From assembly GCA_964016885.1 (NCBI GenBank), contig OZ024741.1, forward strand, positions 308,512,001-308,576,000: a stretch of 64,000 bases of DNA. The letters run 5' to 3'. Positions 12,558 through 26,219 of this stretch are shown here, in pieces. The position numbers and the translations under genes were made by a program. Each line of letters starts with the position of its first letter. Position 1 is the first letter of the stretch. The notes under the pieces were generated by a model. That model ran no database searches and had not been told where the DNA came from. It saw only the letters and a program-made list of their open reading frames with translations. Source of the stretch: Eledone cirrhosa. Lineage: Eukaryota.

Positions 12558-13960
12558 CACTGGGGAATTTGGTTTTTGCTGTCTGATACTGGAGGCGTTT
12601 CCTAGTAATTTTGGGGTGCTGAATCCAATGAGTGAAATGTATTTTGCTCTGTCACGTCAAGATTTTTCACAAACTCAAATGTCCATTTTCAACATTTCCT
12701 GTATTGTCACTATTTCTAAGGATAGAAATAGTTTATACAGACCCATATATGGAGCTTGACATAACTTTGAAAACATAGTTTTTCAATGTCATTTAATGTA
12801 AATGCAACAACAACAACAAGAAAAAATGAAAACTAGTCATGACTTAATTATCTTCAGTAAATAAAAAACATCAAACTTGAGCCACTTTCACTATTTTCAA
12901 TCTCACCAGTTTTAAATGTCATGATAATGACAGAACTGTTCTTTATACAATTAGATGTATGACAACACATTTTTATGATCCTTGACATCATATATGTCTT
13001 ATATTTGTGGCATTTGTTATATTTGTCTGTAGATATGTTCATGCTGTGCTTAGTTAAGTGAGACTATTACTGCAAACCAGATGAGACATGTTTTGTTGAA
13101 CCTTTAACTATTTCTTATGAAAATGAGTATTTTGAATGTAGTCTTAATGTTGTAATTGTGAGAAGAGATGGATCAAGACCACTTTTTGTCAGCATGATCA
13201 AAGAACCTCATGGTATGTATGCTCTTTATGGAACTTTGCCATCACAAACCTGCATTTGCTTACTTTATAACCGCTGACAATTCTGAGAATGATTTTCCCA
13301 GGCAACAACTGACTTGAATATATATTTTTCTATTCCAGAAATATAGCCAGTTGTGAAAGAAGAAAATGCAAAACAGTCCTGATATCTGCCGCTTTATTTG
13401 TGGATGTTACACTTTACCAGGCAACGGAACAAAATCACAGGAAGTCGTCAAATTATGAAGAACTTGTACGGACTCTGTTAACAAGTTTTCGAACAATGGG
13501 CTGCAACATGAGTGTAAAAATGCACTTCCTGCACAGTTATCCGGACTACTTCCCTGAAAGTTTTCGTGTAATGAATCATGAGCAAGGAGAAATATTCCAC
13601 CAAGACATCAAAACCATAGAGCCTAGGTATCAAGGTAGGTGAAACACAAACATGATGATTGAATACTACTGGTATCTGCAAAGATATTGTTGGGGTGTAA
13701 GTTATTTACGCAAAGCAGCAAAAAAGAATATTCACTCCTTGAGTAACTCAAACACTAGCTTGACAGAAATATCTATACTAAGATCTGTAATAAAACATTT
13801 TGTATAATATATTTGTCAAACAATAAAAAGTACTCTTTGATTTGTGTTAATTTTTTACTGCATTTAATGGCAAAATTGACATTTCATGGTAGAAAATGAA
13901 TTCATATTTAACAAGAAATCTTGAGGTGATAGAAAACTTCTGATGGCATTTCTTACACGT
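12558..13960 (+). mobile_element. Internally deleted Chapaev3-like (CMC) DNA transposon
   Basis: CACTG left end; subterminal inverted AAATCTTGA(C/G)GTGA(C/T)AGA; N-terminal PDICRFICG joined to C-terminal NYEELV...GCNMSVKMHFLHS...EQGEIFHQDI...RYQGR. Confidence 0.75.
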
Positions 13961-14315
13961 GGGAAACATCGAGTAATTGCAAAATCAATCGGGTGCTTAT
14001 TTAAAAATTATACAAACTCTACAGCGTGTACTGAGTACACTATTCTTTTGTTAGCAAACATAAACATTTATACATGTATTATGTATGAATGTATATATAT
14101 ATATATATATATATATACAAACACATATATGCATACATGTGTATGTATATGTATATGTATTTATATTTATATATATATATATATATATATATTGTTATAC
14201 TTGGGGAGGGCCATGTTGCCAATAAGAAACACACGCAACAGTTGCTTTCACTTCAATTTATTATAAATTTCCGGTTGGTTCGTTGGTTCCACAACCGGAT
14301 GGTTGTTCATATATT

Positions 14316-14358
14316 GTCAAAGTTCTTTCGTCACACATTTAGTGACCTCTTCAGTGAC
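14316..14358 (-). ncRNA. Minimal type I hammerhead motif in a Penelope 3' region
   Basis: GTCA-CTGAAGA-G GTCAC TAAATGT GTGAC-GAAA GAAC T-T-TGAC. Confidence 0.7.
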
Positions 14359-14559
14359 TGGGGATTCTTTTCTTTGTGCCTCTCCTTTGTTCTGTCCTAC
14401 GCCATCTTGTTTTTGTGTGTTGTGTGCTTAGTTTGCGCATGTGTTACATCCGGGTGTCTGTGTGTGTTTTTATTTGTTTATTTATTTGTTTATTTACATG
14501 TTACTGGTTAGTTGTTTGTTCTATGTGTGTGTGTGTTTTCATTTTGTCCTTAATTGTAA

Positions 14560-15057
14560 GTTGTTATGTTGCTATTCCATTCATCTTTTCTATTTAATTT
14601 TGGTTGGAGTTCATTTATGTTTATTGCCTCTGTGATTTGTCTAAACATTGCGTCTTTTCTGTGTGTAGATTTTATTTTTATTTCTATGTTCTCTAATTTG
14701 CCCTTATGTTCTATTTTAGCATGTTGGTGGAGTACTGATGAGTCTTTTCTATCTTGGAGTTCTCGCCAGTGTTCATTTAACCGTTCTCCTATGCTACGAG
14801 CTGTACATTATATTCTTATCTTTACATTGTCCCTCAGTACATCTTATGCTATATGCTATGTTTCTAGTTTTACAGTTAATATGGGGGCTTAGTTTACAGA
14901 TTATGCATTTCTTATCTATACAGGGAGGTCTTTGAAAAGGGTATGTATTACTAATAAGTGTTTTTATGGAGGTACCTGGTCTTTCCACTATCTTAATATT
15001 TAGTTTAAGTTTATCTAGGGCCCTGGGGGCTTCAAAATATTCATGGGAAAAGTACAT
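14560..15057 (-). pseudogene. Penelope-like element GIY-YIG endonuclease fragment
   Basis: CIDKKCIIC...CKTRNIAYSIRC, then after a frameshift TARSIGERLNEH...ITEAINI...PKLNRKDE. Confidence 0.85.
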
Positions 15058-15099
15058 AGCTAAAAATCATATGCAGGGATTTTGTACGTTCTCGTACTA

Positions 15100-15557
15100 A
15101 CGTAGCATAACATGTACTAACATGAACCCTTAAATGCATGTTGCAACGTGGTACCACCAGTCGGAAGTCAGCACCTGCTCGAACAACATGGCCGCCATCA
15201 AAACATCAAATTCATGGTGGAGCTAGGGTGGAAGAACAGCCAAATCATTGAAGATCTGGGGCAAGTTTATGGAAACAATGCCCCAAAGAAATCAACAACC
15301 TACAAATGGATAAGTCGTTTTAGAATTAGAAGAGATGAGATTGATGATGATCCTCTGTTGAAGATGTAAAAAGAGCTGCTTTAACATGTTTAAAATCACA
15401 TGGCCCTTAGTTTTACACAGATGGACTTAAAAGTTGGTAACAAGGCTTGCAGAAGTGTATTGACCTAGATGGAGCATATGATGAAAAATAAACATTATAA
15501 CTTAAACTGTTTTTTCCAACTGTCCTTTTTCCACGAACTTTCTTAAGCCCCCTCGTA
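15100..15557 (+). mobile_element. Internally deleted mariner element
   Basis: HTH IKFMVELGWKNSQIIEDLGQVYG...YKWISRF; C-terminal QKCIDLDGAYDEK; right TIR GAACTTTCTTAAGCCCCCTCG|TA. Confidence 0.8.
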
Positions 15558-15573
15558 CACACACACACACACG

Positions 15574-15736
<163 letters not shown>

Positions 15737-16072
15737 TGGCGGACAGGGTCTAAAAGTATTGGTTGCCAGGAGATGACTAGGGCCCACCCACATATAGAAT
15801 GCTATCATTTAATTTTTATAAGGAATAAATAACATTTTCGAAAAATACATAAGTGGAAACAAAACAGTGCAATCAAATTTTTGCACAAAAATATCCTACC
15901 TTCTCCAATAAAAAATATTATGTATTTGGCGAAATCCAGAGACTTTCAATAATGACCAGAAGTCGACCCTAGATATTACTAATAGCACTAGGAAAGTCAT
16001 GAACATCTTTTTAACTTTGATTTTGAAAGTAGGTTTATAATTATCAATTATCAAGTTTGACGAAATAGGGGG

Positions 16073-16813
16073 CAACAGGCCACTTTACCGGTCAGGTATG
16101 GCGGCCTTGGCCTCCGGTCCCCGATCTCACTAGCTTTGCCGGCGTATCTTTCGTCGGTAACCTCGTGCTGCGTCCTTGTCAGCAGGGTTCTTCAAAACAC
16201 AACAGAACCCTCTGTGTTCAGAGAACGTGAGGCCGCCTGTGAGACGTGGGACCGGCTGGGACTTAGCCCAGTAGACGTCCCTCTTCCTTCTCCCCCTGTT
16301 GACGTCAAGTCCCCCCAACGCACTTGGGATGCCATCCAGTGCAGCCTGGCCTCAGACAGGCTCACGCGCCAGCTCGACCAGCACCTCCTTGCTTGTTTTC
16401 GTGCGGCCTCCAAACCCCACAGTGGTGCCTGGCTCCATGCCCTGCCCTCCTTCTCCACTGGCACGCAGCTGGATAACCATAGCCTGCGAATCGGTGTTTC
16501 CCTGAGGCTCGGCCTCCGGATCTGCCAGCCACACCAATGTCGCTGCGGTTCCACCGTGGACTATTTCGGCCTCCACCCGCTTTCCTGTCACCACAGTGCC
16601 GGCCGCATTCCACGCCATGCTGCCCTCAACGAGCTCATTAAGCATGGCTTGGACGCTGCAGGCTTCCCTTCCCAGCTCGAGCCGGTGGGGCTGGATCGAG
16701 GGGACGGCAAAAGGCCAGATGGCATGACCATCTTCCCGTTCCGCGGTGGCAAACCCCTCGTCTGGGATGCCACTTGCACCGATACTTTCTGCAGCCGCAA
16801 CCTGGTGCAGTCT
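16073..16813 (+). mobile_element. CRE-like non-LTR retrotransposon fragment (post-RT region, CCHC finger, RLE)
   Basis: Uninterrupted frame QQATLPVRYGGLGLR...SGAWLHALPS...CRCG...HPLSC...RH...KRPDG...WDATC; GC-rich relative to flanks. Confidence 0.85.
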
Positions 16814-17112
16814 TAGTCACGGTGGTGATCCTGTTCTGAAGTTCGATCCTGGTCAGGATTAGGGTTCCCGGTAAACATTTTCAGTTTTTTTTCTATTGGT
16901 TGTAAAATAGGATCATTATTGCTCCAATCAGAAAATATATATATCATCTTCTCAGTCATCAGAATGTTCACCATCATACCAATATCCTCCTCAATAATAC
17001 CGTCTTCATCAACGGCACTGTCACAACCACCCTTATGATCTTCAACACTCTCACAATCTCCATCGTCATTCTCATCACAATCATCTGCCAGTGAGCCAAT
17101 GCTACTTTTGTC

Positions 17113-17272
17113 CCACATGTTTCATCTAAAAACACTCACACACACACGCACACATTCATGTCCGACATGTTTCATCTAAACACACACACACACACACACA
17201 CACATACACACACACACACACACGTACACATTCATATCTGACATGTTTCATCTAAACACACACACACATTCA
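17113..17272. repeat. Three copies of ACATGTTTCATCTAAA + (CA)n
   Basis: Seen directly. Confidence 0.85.
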
Positions 17273-17439
17273 CTCACATGCACACACACGCACACATTCA
17301 CTCGCGCGTACACACACATGCACATGGACACCCGTGCACATATACACACAGCCATAAATATACACATAAATGCAACGACATATATGTATATATACACATA
17401 GGCACACACATGTATATCTACACAAGTTATATTAGATGG

Positions 17440-17625
17440 ATTGTTCTTAAATTCGGGATGAAGATCTCACCATAGAAGCTGATGCCAGAAGATCTGTGGG
17501 TAAAATTGTCTATAATCTCATAAGACAGCTGTGGATATTTAAGGAGGAGCGGATAAAAGCTCTAAATACAATAGGAGAAGCAGTAGAGACGAGTCCCAGT
17601 TGGATTTGTTCGAGGAGGAAGATAA
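17440..17625 (+). mobile_element. HERO-like RLE retrotransposon 3' fragment
   Basis: IEADARRSVG...LIRQLWI...RIKALNTIGEAVETSPSWICSRR resembles the HERO C-terminus. Confidence 0.5.
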
Positions 17626-17782
17626 TCATAGAGTGTGGCTTCTTCTCTGACAACATTCTTTTGTCAAGTTCCCTCTAGAGTTGTCTGGCTGCTATTGTTA
17701 GCCCTTACAAGTGCCGTGTTTAATACTATTTAATCACTTGATGTTATATATCGTTAAGTAAAATAATATAGATAGCTATAGA

Positions 17783-17938
17783 TAATGAACACAACCACAA
17801 GGATATGGTCCGAACGTGGAAGAGCCGAACTTCCGCTGATATCGCCTCCATCTCTCTCGCCCTCTCCATCTCTCTGTATGGTGAGCAATTGGGATCCCAC
17901 GTGCTGGCCTCCTAACAGCCTCGGCCCTATCATCTAGT
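17783..17938 (+). repeat. Interspersed repeat, second copy at 24290-24425
   Basis: TAATGAACACAACCACAAGGATATGGTCCGAACG...CCCACGTGCTGGCCTCC shared. Confidence 0.8.
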
Positions 17939-18579
17939 TGATTTTCTATGAACAAATGACATCTAAATGAGGAATTTGAAAACTTGTCTGTCTATAAAAC
18001 TAAACTTAAAACGGGTGACTCTATTATAAAAGTAACACCGTTGCAGAGTATAACTAAATTTTAAATTTGTTTCACTAATTTCATAAAGGCTTTTTTTCAA
18101 GTCAATAAAAATCTGAGACTTGACTGATTGCTTCCTTTTTTTACAGGTTGCTGTCGGAACCTCTGGTCTCCTCGTTCCCTGAACTGTTATTTTCATCCGA
18201 AAAATCGGGAAGAGTTCATCCCACCCGAGGAAGGAGCCTTGTGAGATAGAGTAACTGATGCAGCAGGTGTCGTTCTCTGTTCTCTATGGCAACACCTTCG
18301 CCATTTTGTCCACGGGGCACCGCTGAGTTGAACCACCTAGATTGGGTGGGTTGTAGAGTCTGCCGCTCATTCCTTTTCTTTCGATCCTTAATGTTTATTT
18401 TTATTTTCTTACAGTTTCGTTACTTTGTAATATACAAACGTTGCTGGATTGTAAATTTCTTTCTTTTATTTTTAAATCTGATTATTCATCGTTTTAACAC
18501 ATTAAAAAACGAAGCAATGATAAAATCTAAAACGGTAAAAGAGCAAAGCCTGCGAGGAAATGTGAAACGGTGTAACATA

Positions 18580-18975
18580 TTCTTCTTCTTCTTCTTCTTC
18601 TTCTTCTTCTTCTTCTTCTTCTTCTTCTTCTTCTTCTTCTTCTTCTTCTTCTTCTTCGTGAGTGTAGAGTCTTCAAACACCCCTTCCAGACGGATCCCTA
18701 AGCGAGATCAGCTAAACTCATGGATGTTATCCAACCAACTTGCTCGGGGTCTTCCCCTGGATCTCCTGCTGGTTGATTTTGCTCGTAAAATCTGTCCAGC
18801 AATAATTGTCTGAGACATTCTAACCACGTGCCAAAAGTATCGGAGCTGTGATCTCTCAATTTGGAGAAGCAGCGCCTTTACCTGGAGGTACTCTCTGATC
18901 TCTGAGCCACGCATTCTACCGAGTAACGTTACTCCAAAGACCCTTCGAGGGAACCTCATATCGGTCGCTTGTATT
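18580..18975 (-). mobile_element. RTE LINE 3' end with (GAA)n tail
   Basis: MRFPRRVFGVT...IERSQLRYFWHVVRM...RSRGRPRASWLDNI followed by a long (GAA)n. Confidence 0.85.
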
Positions 18976-19729
18976 TACGTGTAACATATCGTGGTCTAAA
19001 TTGCCATTGTGTTCGTAAGAAATTACAATATCCGAGTCATCCCTCAGAAAAGTTATTAAAAATATTGTTCTTTTTTTTTTTACGGCTTGTATTTGCATTT
19101 AAGATGTGATATAAACATTTTCAGAACATGTGAGAGCCACAAGCACAATGTAATGAGGATATGTATTAGTAATAGTTAACATAACGCAGGTATTTACCTA
19201 AGGAGATGATAAGATGTAGATAACGGGATTATCAACAGTAACATTAGTTATAAATCCATTAAACTTGTTAAATTATCAAATTATCAATATGTCAGACTTA
19301 AAGGAATTAGGATTTTAAAGTACGCCCGCAAGTGTTAAATGGAGAAAGATTTATAAATGTTATAAAGTCTAGATTTCTAAAAAAATATATGAAATTTATA
19401 ACAAGAAAAATGGAAAACACTCTGGATGGTAAGGAAAGCATGAAGATGCAAATGATATGAAAACGAAGAAACTATAATATGAGAGAAATGAATGCGGACG
19501 ATGTGATTAAAGTGAGAGGCGAAAGAAAGTTCTGGTGAAATTGGGTATAGCCATTGGCGAATTAGAATGTAGATATAAAGACATAAGTGACCAAGATGAG
19601 TGAGATAAAAAATATATGGAAAATAGTAGAATACATGATGATATATAATATAATGCATAGATGAAGAGAGACTAGATAGAAGTATTAATATTTAATAAGT
19701 AATAATAGTTTTCGGCAGAGTTGTTCTAC

Positions 19730-21275
19730 TAGAGAACGAGTCGCATGTGGCGGATAGCGATACGGCCACCAGATATGGCTGTTAGTTGTGATATAAGCAA
19801 ACACCTGTCGGACGGATAAGTAACCCCGGACCGACAGAGGTAAGCTACTAGGTGACACAGTTAGCCCCCAAGCAAATTCTTACAACCCTGTGATATAGCT
19901 ACCTCGAGGTAAGTAAAGACCACTTCTAAAAAAACGCCTAGTCTTCGCAAGCCAGAGAAAGGTACCAGATATGGGGACTGGCACGAATAAGACCACCAAA
20001 AACTGCAATATGGTGAGAGGTAACAATAGGAATCATATCGCATCGAATTTCGTGAGGGTTAACAAGGGACGCGTTCAGGCCTTACGCAGAAGGGCCTGTT
20101 CAAAAAATATATTACAGTCTGTATCTCATGCAGTAAAAAGTGATGGCCCTGCGACCTGTCCTGGGAGGCATGGGATGGATGAACAAAGATTGCGTAACTC
20201 GAGACACCAACGAGAGTTTGGAAAGGAGCAAACCGTAACATTTGGAACATCGAACATCAAAACCCTTACAGGTAAGGAGTAGGAAGTAGTAGAGGAGGCT
20301 AGATGCTACCGGCTAAATAGAGTCGGGTTTCCTCAACAAAGTTCCGTGGTTCTGATGCTGTAGATTTGGATGGGGGATGGAAACGCTATTTTTCAGGTGT
20401 TGCGCCAAAAATGACTGTACATGCGGAGTGGGATACTCACAAGCTCCTGGCTGTCAGAATGTGTTATGGACTGGATCCCATTAAGAGGAAGGGCTTGTCT
20501 CTTGAAGGTTTGGGTGAAAGATAGGTCTCTGTAGGTGGTGCAAGTTTATGCAGTTAGATGTAGTTGAAACTGTGTCATATATCCTAATGGGAGGCTTTTA
20601 ATGCACATGTTGACAATGACCACCTGACATGGAAAGGAACGGTGATCCCGATCCAAATACGAATGGGGAAGCCTTATTAGACATCTGTCCTAATAATGGT
20701 GCCTCTTTAACGAACATATTCTTTCAGCACAAAAACATCCATAAATATACATGGTATAAGGGGAACCAAGGACAGAGATCAATAATTGATTTTATTATTG
20801 TCTCTGATCTCGTCGATTTTGTGCTGGATGTTCGTGTTAAGAGAGAGGCTGAGCTGTCGACAGATCAATATCTAATTATCTGTAACTTCAAGGAACTACC
20901 TAAATTCAAGGAAGCCCAGAAGACTTGCAGGGGGAGAGTGTTCACTTCACTAATAAGAGATCTACTATATGCTGATAACTGTGACCTTGTCAGTTATACT
21001 GAACATGGATTGCAACCGTTGATTTCTGCATTTGATTCGGTATGTGATATCTTTTGCTTGAATGTAAATTTCAAAAAAAAACCTAGTTTTATGTCAACCT
21101 GGACCTGGTTAAGCTGTACAACAACCTAAAATGTATGTGAAAGGTAATCTTCCTATGATTATTGAATCCTTCATATACCTTGGGAGTGCAGTGAATAAAG
21201 ATGTAACATTGGATTCGGAAATATCTTTAAGGATTCGAAAGATAGCAAAATCTTTTAATAGTTTAAAGTCTCGAT
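19730..21275 (+). mobile_element. Degenerate RTE LINE: 5' region, APE endonuclease and a short RT piece
   Basis: FGTSNIKTL, NTNGEALLDIC, YTW...RSIIDFII...LSTDQYL, then RDLLYADNC and FIYLGS. Confidence 0.85.
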
Positions 21276-21350
21276 ATACCTTTATCATACACATCGGCTC
21301 CTAGTGCACTTCTTGGTATATATCTTAATTACTAACACAAGTGCTAATTA

Positions 21351-21518
21351 CCGTATTTCCCGGTGCCGAAGACGCTTCGTCCTCGGGGACGCACCCTAAT
21401 TTTGACAACGAAAAATTTGAAAAAAGACAATAAACAATTTTCGGCCTCCAGAACGCATGATAGATTTTTGAGACTTATTTTAGGAAAAAAGTAGGGTCTT
21501 CGACGCCGGAAAATACGG
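21351..21518. mobile_element. Tc1/mariner-superfamily (pogo/Tc2-like) MITE
   Basis: TA|CCGTATTTCCCGGTGCCGAAGAC...GTCTTCGACGCCGGAAAATACGG|TA. Confidence 0.85.
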
Positions 21519-22007
21519 TATATGAAAATTAGTACGTCCATTTCCGAATAATACTAAGAACGAGTTGTATATAAGCCCCTCAAGTGCATGTTTCCTTGTG
21601 GTTGTTTGGATGTTATAAACGACTTCTCCTAAGGTCCCAACTAGGTCCGAAAATCGATTAAAGGAGTTTATCATTTTTTTCAATTATCGGAAATTTGTAT
21701 CTTCTGGCATGTTTACATGCCTACATATTAAATATATGTATATCTATATCTATACACACTTTTGTGCAGTTTCGATTTCCCACTCTGTATATACACAGAT
21801 ATGATTTATCATACACAGATATGATTTATCATACATATATATATATATACATATACACACATACACGTAGGTGTGTATGTGTATGTACGGTTGTACCTTC
21901 ATATTCGCACGGAGAAATCGAGAAGCAGTTAGTTAGACAGATGTCAATAACAATACACTTGAAAATTTCTGCTTGGTTGGGCAGCATATGTATGTGTGTG
22001 TGTGTAC

Positions 22008-22087
<80 letters not shown>

Positions 22088-22574
22088 ATATAAATACATA
22101 TTACAACCATTTGCTGTGGCACTAATTCGACTTATAAACACATACACACACACATGCATATATACCATACAGCCACAAACACATACTTATATACGTAGAT
22201 ATACATGCATACACTGAGCCACGATCTCAAAAGATTATCATTGCTAAAATAGAGGAGAAAGAACCACAGTGTGTACGAGTAAGTAAACGAGGAAAAAAAA
22301 TAAGATTGCATTAGAGAAAGAGAACGAGAGAGGGGGGGGGGTTAGAGAGAGAGATATAGAGAGAAAGAGAGAGAGAAAGGGAGAAGAGTAGAGGGAGCAA
22401 GGAAAAGAGAGAGGTTAAAATTGAGGTATAGAGGGTGTATTATTGCCAACGGCGCGTTCAATCACATTTAACTAATCGGCTGCTTTACGGGTCTAAATGA
22501 CACAACGTTTATTTACTAGGCAATTTATATGAGCATATGAATCACATACACACAAACACACAACGTACACATAC

Positions 22575-22652
<78 letters not shown>

Positions 22653-22926
22653 ATGTATACATACACACACATCTATATTTGGTGATTACCCTTCTTTGTT
22701 GTGTAAGTCAGGTAAATCAGGCGGTTTCAGACAAGCAAAGAAGTACTTCTTTACCGATAAATAAATAGGTATTATGAGCGGATAAAGGTGGATTAGAGAT
22801 TTGTGGTTTTACATTTGTGCCATATGTATACATACACACTCCCGTATATACACATACCTGAAAATATATATATATATATATATATATAGATATGTACATG
22901 TGTGCGTGTGTATGTGTATATGTGTC

Positions 22927-22970
<44 letters not shown>

Positions 22971-23024
22971 ACTCACATGTGTGTGTTCATATATATACAT
23001 GTATATGCATTGCATATATGTGTA

Positions 23025-23070
<46 letters not shown>

Positions 23071-23248
23071 CATACATACATACATACATACTACATATAT
23101 GTTATTGCATGAGGCGATTTAAGACACTTTATTGTAAAAAATGTCTGTTCGTCTTAATATGATGTCAAGGTCACATGACGTCATTTGCTTGTTGTTGTTA
23201 ATACGGTTTTGTTGTAAGTTGATTTGTTGTGATGGCGGGTTTCATTTA

Positions 23249-23452
23249 GTAGCAGTGGTGTTATTATTATCAGTAATGTGTAGCAGTGGTATTATTATTA
23301 TCAGTAATGTGTAGCAGTGGTGTTATTATTATCAGTAATGTGTAGCAGTGGTGTTATTATTATCAGTAATGTGTAGCAGTGGTGTTATTATTATCAGTAA
23401 TGTGTAGCAGTGGTGTTATTATTATCAGTAATGTGTAGCAGTGGTGTTATTA
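23249..23452. repeat. 31-bp minisatellite, ~6.5 copies
   Basis: GTAGCAGTGGTGTTATTATTATCAGTAATGT in tandem without spacers. Confidence 0.95.
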
Positions 23453-23483
23453 CTAAGAATAGTGGCAGTGGTATTGTTACTAA

Positions 23484-25068
23484 TAATTGTTTCTATTTTT
23501 GGCACAAGGCCAGCATTTACCTCAGTGCATTACTGGTACTTTATTTTATCGACCCCGTAAGGATGAAAGGCAAAGTTAACCGTGGCGCGATTTTAACTCA
23601 GACCGTAAAGGGTCATAACTCTATACTGCAAAGCATGGTGTCTGACGCTCTACCGATACTGCCAATCCACCGCCCTTGTGTCGTTACTAATAATGGTTGT
23701 AATAGTGTTAGCATTAGTAATGGTGATAGTGATGTGAGTATAAGTAATGGTGGTAGTGCTGTTGTTATTAATAATAGCGGTGATTGGCAGTATCGGTAGA
23801 GCATCGGACAATTTGATTCGCGACATAGAGTTACGTGCCTTTACGTTCTGAGTTTAAATCCCGCCGGGGTTAACTTTGCCTTTCATCCTTACGGGGTTGA
23901 TAAAATAAAGTACCAGTAACACACTGGGGTCGATTTAATCGACTTTCCTCTCCCCCAAAATTGCTGGCCTTGTGCCTAAATAAGAAACCATTATTAATAT
24001 TGGCAGTATCGGTAGAGGGTCGGACGCTATGCTTTGCAGCATAGTTACATCCCTTTACGGACTGAGTTCAAATCCCGCCGGGGTTAACTTTGCCTTTCAT
24101 CCTTACGGGGTCGATAAAATAAAGTACCAGTAATGTACTGGGTAATTGCTGGCCTTGTGCCTAAAGTAGAAACAATTATTAATAATAGTGGTAGTGGCAT
24201 TTGTATTAGTAATTTATCAGTGGAAGGGGATGGTGAAATAACTACGGCAAATAAGACTTCTCCTTCTACTCAACTCTATGTATCTCACTTAATGAACACA
24301 ACCACAAGGATATGGTCCGAACGCGGAAGAGCCGAACTCCCACTGTCATCGCCTCTATCTCTCTCGCCCTCCCCATCTCTCCGTATGGTGAGCAAATGGG
24401 GTCCCACGTGCTGGCCTCCCCACAACTCCGGCGGACAGAATGGAGAAGGCGTTTCCAAAATTTATCTGTAGTAGTTATGGTTTAATTGCTTGAATGAAAC
24501 CAACAATGGAAACTATGTTTAATGAAACACAGATTGATTTCCAAAACAGAGAAGAAACAACAGAGCAATTTCAGTGTCCAGGTTGCAGACAATACGACGA
24601 AAGTTTTGACACCAAGAAATAAAGTTAAGTTTTTGTGTGCCTAAAATAACGCTTCCACGTTGTAGTTGTTTTAGTTTCAACACAAGATCTCAGATCAAGT
24701 CACGATGACAGATAAATTCAACTCCGAAAGAAGAAAGATTGTTAAACAGATGCTAACAAGAACATATTTGGAACATCATTTCATTGACTTAGAGGAAAGC
24801 TTGTGATGTGGAACACTCAAATATATGATGAGGAAAATGACGAACCTATGCTCTCAATAAGGGTTTCTACTATAGGTACAAGGTTAGTAGTTTTGGAATA
24901 GGGGAAAGTCGATTAAAATCGACCCCCATTGCATTACTGGTAATTTATTTTATCAACTCCATAAGGATGAAAGGCAAAGCTAACCTCGGCGGATTTGAAC
25001 TCAGAACGTAAAGGACCGTAACTCTATCCTGCAAAGCATGGTGTCCGACGCTCTACTGATACTGTCAA
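23484..25068. mobile_element. Cluster of OK-like SINEs: 23484-23675 (-), 23777-23993 (+), 24001-24180 (+), 24862-25068 (-)
   Basis: Same box A/B, body and tail as 6684-6897. Confidence 0.9.
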
Positions 25069-25349
25069 TATAGCGTTGAACGCATATTTTTACAGCTCAA
25101 GATTTGTATGTAATATATACCAGGATTATCGGATACATGAACAATCGGTCAAACTGAGAAATTTGCGTTTTTTGTCTATTACTGGTTTGCATAAGAGAAA
25201 CCCTATAGATTATGTTGATTACTGACCCGTGGAAATGATAAAAGATTAAAATGATATTTTAATTATTTCTTTCTAAGATATAATTACATAAAATACCACT
25301 TGATGGTGTTGGTGGCAGTAATGGTTGTTGTGGCGGTCAGTTTGCAGGA

Positions 25350-25358
25350 AGTAGTAGC

Positions 25359-25393
<35 letters not shown>

Positions 25394-25409
25394 CAGTAGC
25401 AGTAGTAGC

Positions 25410-25442
<33 letters not shown>

Positions 25443-25470
25443 CGTTGCTGTTGTTGTTATAGTAGTAGAG

Positions 25471-25510
<40 letters not shown>

Positions 25511-25532
25511 CAGTAGTAGCAGCAGTAGTAGC

Positions 25533-25595
<63 letters not shown>

Positions 25596-25623
25596 CGTTT
25601 TTGTTGTTGTTATAGTAGTAGAG

Positions 25624-25681
<58 letters not shown>
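25350..25681. repeat. (GTA)n microsatellite with an internal duplication
   Basis: GTCGTT...GTTGTTATAGTAGTAGAG occurs twice. Confidence 0.95.
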
Positions 25682-26022
25682 CTTTTTTTTGCACCGGTGC
25701 AAACCTTCCCTTTATGCTTTGCGGTCAAATAGAAACAGAGAGAAAGAAAGGGACAGAAGAGAGGGTAGGAGAAGCTGAGAAGAGTGGCAGGAGGAGGTAT
25801 CTATATATGCGTGAGAAATTGAAAAGCACGTGTAATATGTACTTACAAAGAAAACACGCACTGCATGCAAACACACACATACATTCATACAATCACACAA
25901 ACACGCAGCACATATATACGCGCACACTCAAACATACGGAAACATACATATGCACACAAAACACACACACATACACCCACTAAGACATACACACAAATGA
26001 AAATACACACGTGTACACACAC

Positions 26023-26088
<66 letters not shown>

Positions 26089-26219
26089 GCAAATATACAC
26101 ACAAGTGAGAAATCATTCATTTGCTTGGTCAAGTGTGAAATATGAACGTAAGCGGTCAGGGATGACGAAAGAAGCAGTTTATTAAGATTTAGAGGTGTTG
26201 GGTGATATTGTACTGTTGG

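Noticed and set aside
16813-17118. Acidic ORF resembling a piggyBac N-terminus (W...FTGNP)
   Set aside because: Motif too short; no TTAA/TIR or catalytic domain seen
23249-23452. 31-bp repeat as a CRISPR array
   Set aside because: No spacers, no cas genes, eukaryotic context
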